DNA of 64,000 nucleotides from Azolla caroliniana. Lineage: Eukaryota; Plantae; Polypodiophyta. The position numbers and the translations under genes were made by a program. This document shows positions 14,266 through 26,045 of the stretch, piece by piece. Under the pieces are notes generated by a model, which was given only the letters and a program-made list of their open reading frames with translations, was not told the origin of the DNA and did no database searches. The DNA lies in assembly GCA_043228905.1 (NCBI GenBank), contig JBHGNT010000004.1, positions 25,730,001 to 25,794,000 on the forward strand, written 5' to 3'. Position 1 is the first letter of the stretch. Every line of letters starts with the position of its first letter.

Positions 14266-15090
14266 TAAGTATTGGTACTAGAATACCTCAATGTTTCTAT
14301 TGAGGTGTTCTATGGTGCTCCTAGTATTCTCTAGGTGTATGATTCTCTACCTCTCTTAGAGAGAATTTTGATGATATTTTCTCCCACTTCAGATTTGCTC
14401 CATGCCCCTTTCATTGAAATCTTTCCCTTTGCATCAAGTATAAACTTCATATTTGCTCCACTTCCCTTTCGTTGAGAGCTTTCTCTTTGCATCTAGTATG
14501 AATTTGTTAAGTATATTCTGCATTGCCTTTGTGTAATTTGGTGATTGAACTCTTTAGTTGGGGCATTGTTAATTTCATGTTAACAACATGCTTACACCAT
14601 GGTTGCTTCCTTGTTCATTTGACATACTATTCCTCCATCATGATGGTGGAGATTATAACAATGGCATTTCACGATCTCTTGTTCCTAAAATACATAGTTA
14701 TATTTAAATTTACATTTTTTATTACAAATTTGCTTCTCTTTATTTCAACATATTTGAGACACTTGTGTCTTTGCTCATTCCTTCTTGTTTTGATGGAGGA
14801 TATAGATAATTAGGATGTCAATATCCCTTTGTTCCTCTAGTCTACTAATCCACACTTCACTTCATTTGTGCAATTCCTTTGATTCCACTCATCCACGCCA
14901 ACTTGTCTTTCTCGTTACTCTTTTGAATCCACTCAACCACACAAGGTTTTCCTTCTTGCCACATCCATGACCCCCCATGGATGATAGAAGTACATAAAAT
15001 AATAAATATGGTCAATAATGTGATTAATAGTGCAGTTTATAATGATTTGTGTCATGATTGGAATTATCAGCCATTATGGACAATCACATT

Positions 15091-15111
15091 GTGACAAATT
15101 CTGTTGTAGTG
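15091..15111 (-). mobile_element. Probable CACTA (En/Spm) terminal inverted repeat
   Basis: Reverse complement reads CACTACAACAGAATTTGTCAC. A possible degraded partner CACTATAATGAATG lies at 7147, but the 3-bp flanks (TGA/TTA) do not match perfectly. Confidence 0.4.
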
Positions 15112-16570
15112 TTACACAATGGATCGAGGATTAACTTGGAAAGTTGAATTTGTTTTACTCTCACATTTCCAATATCAATTGCTTCAAATGAAAAGTTCTA
15201 TATGTAATTTCGATGAGTTAGTTTATATGTGAGATCAAATTGATTGACTACTTTGTAAATTTTCTTAACATCAAACTTTGTATGTTTAAGATTCAGACGA
15301 GTTCTATAGTACGAAAATTGATTTTCAACCTATGGATGGATCAAGTGGACGGGGCAAGCATAGGTCACACATGTTGATTACGACTATTCAATACATGGCT
15401 AATGAGTGGATCATGCATTGGAAAATCTCAGTTTTAAAAGCTTTGGCCCATCCAAAATGTCCCCAACAAAGCATGTCTCCTTCTCGTTACTTGATTCTCA
15501 AACATTTTGACTTTTCTTTGAAAGGTGATATAATGCAAAGGTTTAATGTACACTTTATCCATTAATATCTATCACCTGATGTTGTGGATATCCTATAATA
15601 ATATGAAATCTCTAATAGCTGTGTACATTATCTTAATATATCAATAGAGGAATTATATTCTCTTGTTAAACATATAACATTTTTAATGTCTCTACTCGTC
15701 TTTATAATCGAGATGGGTATCATTAACTTCTAATAATCAACTGTACTTCACAACACCTGCCATAATTTATGTTCTCTCAAAATACTTATCTTCAAATCAC
15801 ATTCAACAGATCCCATTTTCTCTCTCTTTTCTTATAATGTTACTTTGTTATGTATTGCTCATTATTAAGTTCCTGTCATGTTCCATGACCACAAGAACCA
15901 ATTAAGCTAAAGAGCAAGCCTGACAAATTTTTTTGCTTGTTTCATAGACTACATATCATAAGGACATACCTAGTAGACCCTTTGAATACTGATCTGCATG
16001 TACATGTATTGAAAATAATGATCTCATGATCCCCCTAAGATTACCACCATTTGCAAATACATCTGCAGGTATGCAAGGGTACAAACTTTAAGGGTTTGAG
16101 GTAGTAGGTAAATTTTTATTAATAACAAGTATTCACAAACAAGGCCTTCATTATAGAGGCTTCCAAAAACCTACTCCAATATCATAAGACCTCACATAAC
16201 TTAGCTCCTCTACCCTCTTGGATTTTCCCTTCTTCATCTTTTGCATTTTTCTTACCCTACACACAAGATCCCTTCACAGAGACAAAAGATGAAAAAACTC
16301 CATTAAGAATTATACGCACATACAGAAACTATAACTCTACAATAAAGTCTTATTACTCGAGGGAAAACATCACCCAAATATATCAGGGAGGAAAATAGAT
16401 GTTGAAATACTATTAGATCCTCATTCTATAGGATATAGAACAAACTATGTTCCATGCTCCCATTGTATTGCATTGAACAAGTATCGTAGCCGGACTTCAC
16501 TTTTTAAATGAGTAAAGAAACATTTTGTATATTGGATTGGATAAGCGTACAAGATTGCCCCCAACCAGCT

Positions 16571-19500
16571 TTAGTTCTTGTCTTCTTTCAGAGATTCCTT
16601 CTGTTCTAGTTCCTTGGGCTTTAGCTTTTCAGCTCTGAAAGGAGATCATATAAAAAGAATATGAAGGAAATATACACAAATAGAAAACACATAAGCTTAT
16701 CTCACTCTAATCTTAATACATTTAAAAAGCACACAACTTAATCAAATAACATGGCAAAGGCCCCACAGATGACTATTTCTGAGCATCACATATAGTCAAC
16801 ACACTATTATTACGTGAAGTGGTAACTAAGAATTATGGCCAAAATGATAAGTTATATTGATCACAGGATCGATCATTTTCTTTATTTAAGGAACTTAAGC
16901 TAGTCTTACAAGCAAAATTATAGCTAATCATTAGTTAAAATATCTAAAATTTCTCACTGAGATCCTATTCATCTCGATGATGCTATTCCCCTGCCTTCAG
17001 TAATCATGAGTTGGTTCTCCCAGCTAGATGCAATTGACGAATTTCACATTGCCAAGGTATAGAAACGGATTGGTACATCTCTAAAAGATCAAAGAAGATG
17101 AGGGTCAAGATCTCGCTGGCCACAGGGTCACTCCAAATCACCTTTATCTTCTCAAAATAGTCAAGAACGAAAGGTAAATAGACTACTATACAGGAGGTGG
17201 CTAGCTCATGTTCCATTCTAAGTAGATATGGGATGACTTTTCCTTGAAGAGAAAAATCATCAGATTCATGCTGATGTTAGCCATATTCGTGAAAAGAAAG
17301 TATATCCTCATTCATGACTTCCCAATTAAGAGCATCACCATACGTAGTAGATGCGTTGAGGAGACGATCTTGAAACCTAAAAAATATGCAATGTGAGTGT
17401 CTGAGCTACAAGCTGCAATGGGTTCTAAAAAAAGAGCTCCCCAGCACGTAACCCCAAAGAAGGCAATGAAACAAACAATAAGAGACGTAACAAAATAATA
17501 GAAAAAAATAAAACTAAAGCTGAAATTTCAGGTGTATATCCTGATCCATCATCATCACACTCTGGCGGAAGAGGAACCATACGGAAGGAATGTTACTGCA
17601 GGAAAGAGTGATTGCCCTGAATCTGGGGCATCACCTCTGTTAAAGATCTCTGCATAAAATATCTCCTCTGTTTGACACCTCGAGGTGAGCATCTGAATGG
17701 CAGAGAAACAGAACCAGTGTGTTCCAGCAGGCCAGATTACCAGGCTACAAGCTGGGGAGGTCAGATCTAGATAATATAGCATACCCCATATGCAAACTCA
17801 GGGCTCTCAGATGCAAGCTCAGATATCTGCCTTTGCTGTGAGAGCATCATCAAGCACACAGCCTGATGGGCCAGTGCAGCTCCCAGTGCTATTAGTAACG
17901 AATGCCTACATAACGTAGGATTTTGAAGGGAGACAGGTTCTCGAAGTTTTCACAGAACCAAAGAACATATGAGTGGCTATGGTGGCAAACTGCATTTAGA
18001 CTCTGCACCATGCTTAGAGACTAAGGATTGATCGGGATGTTATTGGGAGCCAGATCAAAAGGTACAGGAAGAAGACATTGACCTTCATGTTACATGTAGC
18101 AATAGGCAACAGCCAGATCCAAGGAATGCACCATCCCCCAACAAGCGTGAAAACCATGGAGTAAAGATGAAAATGTGATGCAGTACATGCATTTATAAAG
18201 AGCAACAAACGATGATCAATAACTGACCGCACACAAATCAACGGACCTTGCCATGACATGCAATTGGACAAATGGCAAGGTCTCTAATTCGACATACAAG
18301 AACAAATTGCACATAAAGTGGGTTCGGGGTTCAATATCTATGGCCTAGTAATCACTTACCACAGGTGAATAAATATATAAGATTCAAACCACACTAGGCA
18401 ACGATCCGGCTCTCGGCTTATTCAACCGATCCGGATCATGTTGAGCTTGCTCACTCAACACTCCCCCTCAAGCTCAACCTGAGGTCGGATCGTGGTGTCA
18501 GTGTTTGTCGGTCCTTTCCTCTAGCTCCTCTTGGCGTCTTCACACCTTGCTCATGCTCCTCGACCCGTCCGGTTCCGCGCACCTCGACCCTCTCGGTCGG
18601 CTTGTCTACTCATAATGCCCATCTCAGCTCCTTCGCTGCTATGACTTCGGCGCTTCTCGACCTGTCGGTTCCTCCGTGTCAGCGTCGACTTCCACTGCCT
18701 TCTCGTCCGTTTGGCCTTCAGTTGATTCGGTTCCTCTGAATCAAACAACTCTTCCGAATCGGCTGCCACTAATTCGTTTGAGCTCTTGTTCGAATTGCAA
18801 GGACCATCAATTGGTGTGTCTATGTGTGTTCTGTCCGCTTCTCATAAGTGCAGGCACTAATTCTCGTGCATCTCCCTGAGTTCACATTTGCTAAGCAGTT
18901 GTACCTTCTTTGGTTCCCTAAAGCTTGTTCCTCCAGTGCAATAGAATCTATAGCATAGAAATATCCTCACCATCACATTATCATGGGATGATCAACGCTT
19001 GAACACCCTATGAAAGGAGATACCAAGAAGGATGGAAATAGAGAGAACAGGATGAAGTTGAAGCACGCTGATAGATAGTATGAACTTCTGTAGCTAGTAT
19101 AAGATAGAGTTTTAAGGGCAAGTTCCTTATGTTAGGGGCATGCTGGTTGAAGAGACAGTTGAGCCAGGGACCAGGGAGCAAGGACATCAGCAAGGTTCTG
19201 ATCCAAGCAATTCATCAAGAATTTAGAAGCAAGCTCAAAATTCTGCCTTTATGGGCATCCTCATTGTTCAAAATTGAACACTGAGAATGACTGCACAAAA
19301 CAGGATGATCAGAGGTTCTGTAGGCGCTAATGAAATGGTCTGCGGTGGGACCACAGTTAGGGTCAGTACAACACTTATGGTCTGGTGAGCCGTTATTTGA
19401 CCAACATTCTAGAAAACTGTAACTTTATTCAAACTCTAAATTTTACCGAATTTGACAAACTCTGAGTTTATTCATAACCGCAATTAATAACAGTAAGAGG

Positions 19501-20086
19501 AAATCAAATCCTAACCCTAATCCAGAGGTAACCATAATGCCCTTATTCCATCCAATCTACTGGCCCTGTATTATAAGAGAGGTAGACAGGTAGACAGATT
19601 AGTATTAGCTCGATGACAATGAAAACCCTAAACCTAGGCCTAAACTTGAATGTTACCCTGAGCCTAATATATGGAAACTAAAGACAGAAATAAAATTCCA
19701 TGTTAAAAGTACGGTAGTATATGTGAAGCTTCCAAGGCAACGGTGATCCCTAATTCTATCCGTCACTCAGGCCAATCTTTAACACAGAATCCTGACCCAT
19801 AATTCTATCCAGTACTGGAACCAATCCAAAACCCTAAACCCTGACTCATAAACCTGATCCTAATATATACAACATTAAAAAAAACACGAAAACCATGTCG
19901 AGAGTAGAAAGGCTCATACTCTTTCTCTGCTGCTGCTGAGCTGGCAGCAGCTTCTTTCTCCAGCCAGCTACGTACATGGCGAATATTCCTGCTGAGCACA
20001 GCCGATGAGTTCCGAAGGTCGCTCCTCACGAGAAGCCAGACCGCTCCCACCCCTACCACAGTGAAGAGAAAATTGCTCAGCGCCAT
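16571..20086 (-). CDS. Small uncharacterised single-pass membrane protein, 76 aa, 2 exons
   Basis: Exons 20086-19920 (167 nt) and 16634-16571 (64 nt), joined by a GT..tttcAG intron. Total 231 nt, in frame to TAA: MALSNFLFTVVGVGAVWLLVRSDLRNSSAVLSRNIRHVRSWLEKEAAASSAAAEKEAEKLKPKELEQKESLKEDKN. GA-rich leader and telo-boxes upstream. Resembles a conserved small plant protein family from memory (not verified). Confidence 0.85.
18088..18900 (-). mobile_element. Copia-like LTR retrotransposon remnant (3' LTR, PPT and internal fragment) in intron
   Basis: On the minus strand, polypurine tract TGAGGGGGAG (18470-18461) abuts TGTTGAG at 18460. Putative LTR end TGTAACA at 18094-18088, with an internal TATAAAT. 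No 5' LTR or PBS found. Boundaries are approximate. Confidence 0.6.
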
Positions 20087-20385
20087 GGATCCTCTCTCTC
20101 TCCCTCTCCCTCTTTTGCTTTCTTTTCTCTCTGTTCTCTGACAGATTCCAGGCCTGAGTGCTTAAACCTCACCAGCCCTCTTGCAGTTTATCAAATAATC
20201 CTGAGTTGATTTGCTCCACAGAATCCCTAATTCTCTGCTTTCTCTGCTGCTGCGAAGAACAGAAACTCAAATTCTCTAGAGAATGTCAGGAAAAAAATCC
20301 CAGGTTTTCACAGAAGAAGACGAACACTGCCTAGAAGCCTGATTCTGGGCTTCTACGATGCTAAGATTCGCCACAGAGCACTGAC

Positions 20386-20576
20386 ACTGACAATGATTTC
20401 GCGTTGCAGAAACCCTAATCCTCTGTTCTGTCGGGATGAGACCCTTCACAGGTTTGCAAACCCTAATTCTGACGGGATGTACTGACAATGATTTCGCGTT
20501 GCAGAAACCCTAATCCTCTGTTCTGTCGGGATGAGACCCTTCACAGGTTTGCAAACCCTAATTCTGACGGGATGTA
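20386..20576. repeat. Perfect 95-bp tandem duplication carrying four telo-boxes
   Basis: Units start at 20386 and 20481 and are identical. Each has two AAACCCTAA motifs. Lies 300-490 bp upstream of the microprotein ATG. Confidence 0.92.
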
Positions 20577-22485
20577 AGAATTTATGTAAATTCCCAAAAT
20601 AACCCTACATTCTCCCCATACATACATACATAAACACATGATCTCATGTGTTCCCTGCTCTCTTTCTTTATTTTCAGTTCTCCTTATTTTCCCAAAATAC
20701 CCCCGTGCTTTCATTATTTCCCAATGTCTCCGGCACACGGGGGATAGAGAGAGAGACAAGGAAATTATTTCCCATTTGGTTGCAACTCGCTCGCTCTGTA
20801 AGGGTGTCCTGCAGAGCCCATCAAGTAATTAGCATTCAACCCCTCATTCCTTAGTGGCATCTCTATCTACTAGATTAGGCAAAATATATGATCTCGGTGT
20901 AAATATCATGCGTTGAACCTACGGATTTGTGTTGTCATTCTTATATATCAAATCACCGCTAGGATAAGTTCAATTATGAAAAAATATAGAGTAAAATCAA
21001 CGCATGGAGAGCTTGAATCAATTAAGGGAACATCTCGTTGAAATGGACTCACAATTGTGATAAAAAGGGCTTGTGGAGGCGAAAAGGGCATGAAGCTTGA
21101 GAGGGTCCACATCAATGAATGGAACATTTACCCGATTTTGGCTTTGCAATTGTGATGCTCGATGGCCGCTTATGGAACCAAACGAAGCATCACCTTACTA
21201 TGTCTCACACCAACTAATGGAACATATTGTCAAAGTGAGCTCGCAAATACAAAACGAAACCAGAGTACACTTGATCATGGATTTAACAAGATAGGTGTGA
21301 ATTAATTGATGCCCCATTATTCGTGTTGTTCTTCTACATTACAATAAATATGCATACAACATCTTTGGCATTTGCAACCATACATTTGTCAAGAATCTTC
21401 AACCCCTCGAGAGAACTTTATGACACGATACAATATGACCTTTCAACCAATAGATTTGTGGGCCCTTGGTAATTGGAATACATGGTAGCATCTAATGCCT
21501 AATGTTGCAGACAAGATGGACATATGATGTTCCATTTTGTGTGAACGTGTTTCCTTAGCAAGCAATCTCACAAGTAGTAGGTTGAGTTGGCTTTGGCAGT
21601 AACTTAAAATATATTGGGATGTTTAAATGGGGCCATGTGTTTCATATACAATGATTGAGGAAGGTACTTTGCAAAGATTCTCAACATGCCTATTAAATTG
21701 CTAAAGCCATTTGGGTTTTATTTCAAAATTGGGCATAATTGGGGTCTATGACTAAGGTGATGATGTGCAACCTTCCTAAGAAATGGAAAAACCGAGATCA
21801 TTAGGTAACTTCAACAAAGTGCTTAGCTACCTACACACTATTGTATTTGAAGAGTCATTAACATTCAATAACATAAATAATGAGAATGATGCTTAATAGA
21901 AGTAAACGAAAGTTTAAACTTGCTTATGGGCTAAAGACTTTCATTCCAACATCTAAAAGAGTTGTCGATGTGCAAGCGGTCATAAAAGTGTGTTGTATAA
22001 AAACTTTAGAAATATTGAGAACTTCAAAGAGCTTGAGATTTCCTTTTAAACATATGAAGAAAGAGTGAGACAGTCCCAAGAGAAGATAGAAGTACGTCAT
22101 CTAGTTTTGCAACACTTGAGAGGGTTCCCCTTGCACTATCACTATTTATGAAGTAGTGAAGATAGCAAGGGTTGTATTATCATCTTGTTTTAATAACAAA
22201 CATTGATTTACAAAAAAAAAGGGGCAAGACATCATGCTAAATCACAACGCCAAAACTTTGCCCTTTATATGACGCAAAAGAGAATTTGAATTTTGAACAT
22301 CATGAAGAATTAAAAAATAATACCTCCTTTACATTGGAGAGGCTGCTTCGTCATAATGCTTAAATATTTGAATTTAATCATGATGGTAAGATCATGCCTC
22401 ACAAATTTAAGTTTATGGACTTGCCCTTGACCAAAGGATTTGGATTAGTCATGCTCACTACAGAGTTTCAATGTGTGTGTGTGTC

Positions 22486-22489
<4 letters not shown>

Positions 22490-22557
<68 letters not shown>
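22490..22557. repeat. Compound (CT)n(AT)n microsatellite
   Basis: Directly visible, preceded by a short (GT)n. Confidence 0.95.
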
Positions 22558-22558
<1 letters not shown>

Positions 22559-22599
22559 AGATAATGCACACTAGCATTGTGAAGAACATTGCGTTAGTA

Positions 22600-25500
22600 C
22601 AGCAGAAGGTCACTCATGTAATGGTTTCCTAGTTGCTTCAACCATTTACAGACATTGAAGTTTGGACAACGGCTAAATCCCTAGGAAAAAATGTGTGTCC
22701 TAGAAAGGATGCCATAGGAGTGGTATCATATTTGCACTATTGGGACTTGTTGAGGCCTACTCTTATTAGAGCAGTTAATTTTATCTTCTCAACAGGGAAT
22801 ATGCCCGAAGAATGGATTGAAGGAATCATATACATAATCCCGAAATCAGATGCTCAATGTAATGAAATATCAAAATGGCATCCAATAACTTTGCTTAACG
22901 ACATCTATAAAATAGTAGCAAAAACTATAGCCAATAGAATGTGACCGTTGCTTCCCTCGATTATACATGATACACAATCAAGATTCCTTCAAGATAGAAG
23001 CATCTTTGGCAATATCTTCCTTTTTTGGGAGATGATTGCATTGGCTCAACATCACAAACAGTCCCTTGCTATACTATTATTAGATTTTGATAAAGCATAT
23101 GATAAAGTAGATTGGGACTTTCTGGAGGCAGTTCTATCAAGATTAGGGTTTCCAAGTGCATGGATAAAAGGGGTGTCTGCATTATATAGACACGCGTCTA
23201 GCTCAAATTTATTTTTTGGAGGCAATGGTACATTATTTCCTATTTCCAGATCTGTTCGACAAGGTTGTCCATTAGCACCATTTCTTTTTATTTTATTTGG
23301 GGAAGTTTTATCAGCTTTTCTTAGATCCTCGATGGCGGCCATCCAAGGAATAGCCTTACCTATTGTAAACTCAACAATTCTTGATGCAGAGTTTGCAGAT
23401 GACAATGCTCTTTATATTCGCGGAGATCTTGTTAATCTTGATCGGGTACATAATGCTTTACAGATATTTTTCAGATGCTACTAGAGCCTCTCTCAATTGG
23501 AATAAATTTGTAGGCCTTTGGGCCAGTGATGAACCGCGTCCACAATGGTATCTAGGCCCTGCATTCCGTTGGCTAAATCATGGGGAGCCGATTCGTTACT
23601 TAGGTTGTCTTATTGGTATAGATTTACCATCCGGAGTGATGCTATCACCATTGCTATTATCAATTAAGCGTAAGTTGGTATATTGGGACTCGCAGCAGTT
23701 ATCCCTTGCAGGTCGGGTTGTCATTGCAAATTCGGTGTTGTTGGCTTCAATGTGGTTTATCACATCAGCTTGGTTGTTCTCTCGATCGGCAATCATGAAA
23801 GTTCAAAGCCTCGTACGTAACTTCCTTTGGGGTGGAAAAAATGGATCTCATGCAATGGCCAAGGTGGCATGGGATGTTTTGATTAGGCCAAAAAGTCAGG
23901 GGGGGTTGGCTCTATTAGATCCCTTGATACAATCTTGAGCTCTCTTGATAAAGTTTGTAGTCAGAGGATTGTTGCCAGGGACAGAGGCATGGAAGGGTAT
24001 GTTGCTTAATTAGCTAATGCAATTATATCCCAAGACGGGAGGAAACTGGTTGTCATCTTTGAAATGAATGTTTTTGACAAATATTCAAACACCGAGACGG
24101 AATCTAACATCCAATAGATTTCTATTGGGGATCGTCAGAGCATGGGATGCAATCAAGATTTTTTTACGCAAGGAGATGCCTAACACATGGGATGGTTGGA
24201 TGAATCAACCGCTTTTGGCTAATTCTCTCGTTTGGGATTCTATTGGAAATGTATTGGGCCTTAGACCTCGTCTTGTTGATAATGGGCCAACAGCATCAGT
24301 AGGATCCTGGATTCATTTTTTGCAGATGCCAGAAGTGGATCGCCTTAAGTAGTTACATTCGATATATGGGGCAAAGACAATGACAATGGATATTTCAGCA
24401 GCCTTCTCTCAGGCCTCATCGCGACTTCAGCCAATGCAGTAGCATATGTGGTTTGGTTGCCTAACGAATGGCATAATGCTCTTTGTTAAGGGAATTTCTA
24501 CAGACGGGTGTATTTTTTATTTCCATATTCAACAGGATAATAAATTGCAGCCTTATACACCCTACCCTCTGATAATTTGCTACAAAACCTACTTGTTGTT
24601 CCAATTAGGGTGATTGCCAAAACTGGTAAGAAATGGTTCCTGGATCCACAAACGTCAATAGCCCATTTGTTGGATATGCATTGGTTATATGCATGCCAAC
24701 CAATTAATAGACTAATGTGGGACCTAGGGGGATGGTCTTGGACTAGTCCCATGATGGATCCAATGCAAAAAGTTTCGTTCTTTCAGTATACTGTGAAATT
24801 TGGTAGAACCTTACTCACGTCTAAGAATATTCCAACTCCTGCGGCTCAAAAGCATTGGAATAAGTGGGGTGTATCAAGCAGTCATTTGAAGGCTTATTGG
24901 AAATGAATTTGGTCTTTTAGGGGACCAACAAAACACACTCTCTTCAGATGGCTTTTGCTACATGCAGCACTACCGGTAGGTCAATCTTTGAAAGGAAATG
25001 TGGCACCCGTTCTTAGACAATGTAGTTATTGTGGTGACTTGCATGAAACTACCAAGCATGCTCTTTGGTCCTGTTCACTAGCTCAACAGGTATGAAATAA
25101 AGTTCTTTCTTTATTCCTGACAATTAATGTAGGTTGCCTATTCTCCTAGGGATCAGCGGTATGGGGGGGGTCTCCATTCCAGTCTCTTATTGTATGAGGC
25201 AGATGATGCTCTAGAGGCTAAGACTGTCATCAACACGCATCTAATATCTGTCTCGCCTTTTTAGCAGTCTCGAAAGCAAATGCGTGCAAGCCTAGTATGG
25301 AAAATAGTATCCACAGTTACATTATGGACCTTATGGAAGTATCGATGTAAAAGATGGTATGATTCCATAGTTCCCCTTCTCTCAAATATATTGCTAGAAT
25401 TATGGGACAACTTACTGGCGGTAGTGTGTGGTCAGTATGACAATATGTCGGGCCCTTCGGAGGTTGTTCTTAAGAAAAGGAAAAAATTACTGCAGTTATG

Positions 25501-25681
25501 GAGGAAGTTGCCTCTATTCATGATCTCCTCTCAAGGACCAATCTGGAAATATCATCATCCCTGGCCCTTCCCCTGATTATCCTTTTTGTATATAATACTC
25601 TCTAAATTGTACAGTTTGTAGCCTTATGGCATTTTTTCTTAATACTAATGAAGGAAATCTTATTGGAAAAAGAAAAAAAAA
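22600..25681 (+). mobile_element. 5'-truncated L1-type LINE with reverse transcriptase pseudogene
   Basis: RT motifs LDFDKAYDKVDW, SVRQGCPLAPFLF and EFADD, then LSLAGRVVIANSVLL, a C-terminal zinc finger region and LWTLWKYRC. Several stops and frameshifts. A-rich tail 25667-25681. TSD AAGAACATTGCGTTAGTA at 22582-22599 and 25682-25699. Confidence 0.95.
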
Positions 25682-26045
25682 AAGAACATTGCGTTAGTAA
25701 TATATTGGTTGATGAGTTGGTTGCATGCTACCATAGTATGTGTCGCCTTTGCTTCTCTGATTCCCCTAGGTTGCTTTATGGGAATCAACAATGGTTCAGT
25801 TTTGGCTTAACTGGTTTGGCTCGAACATTGGTTAAGCCTTAACTGGTTTGGGAGTTTTCAAACTTGAATTGAATCAAACTGAACCGATTATTTGGCAAAT
25901 GAACCAAGCTCAAACCTGAATGAACAAAATCGTTTAAAAATAACAAAAAACACAAAATCAAAAAAGCAAAAGCAAAAAGCAAAACGCAAAAAAGAAGGAA
26001 AAGAAGAGAGCAAAAGACAAGACCAACGAGGAGAGAATCCGAGCG

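Noticed and set aside
19622-19645. Interstitial telomere array
   Set aside because: Only one or two degenerate AAACCCT units here and at ~33232. Consistent with scattered telo-boxes.
20386-20576. Tandem C/D-box snoRNAs
   Set aside because: CTGA motifs are present, but there is no canonical RTGATGA C box, terminal stem or recognisable guide.
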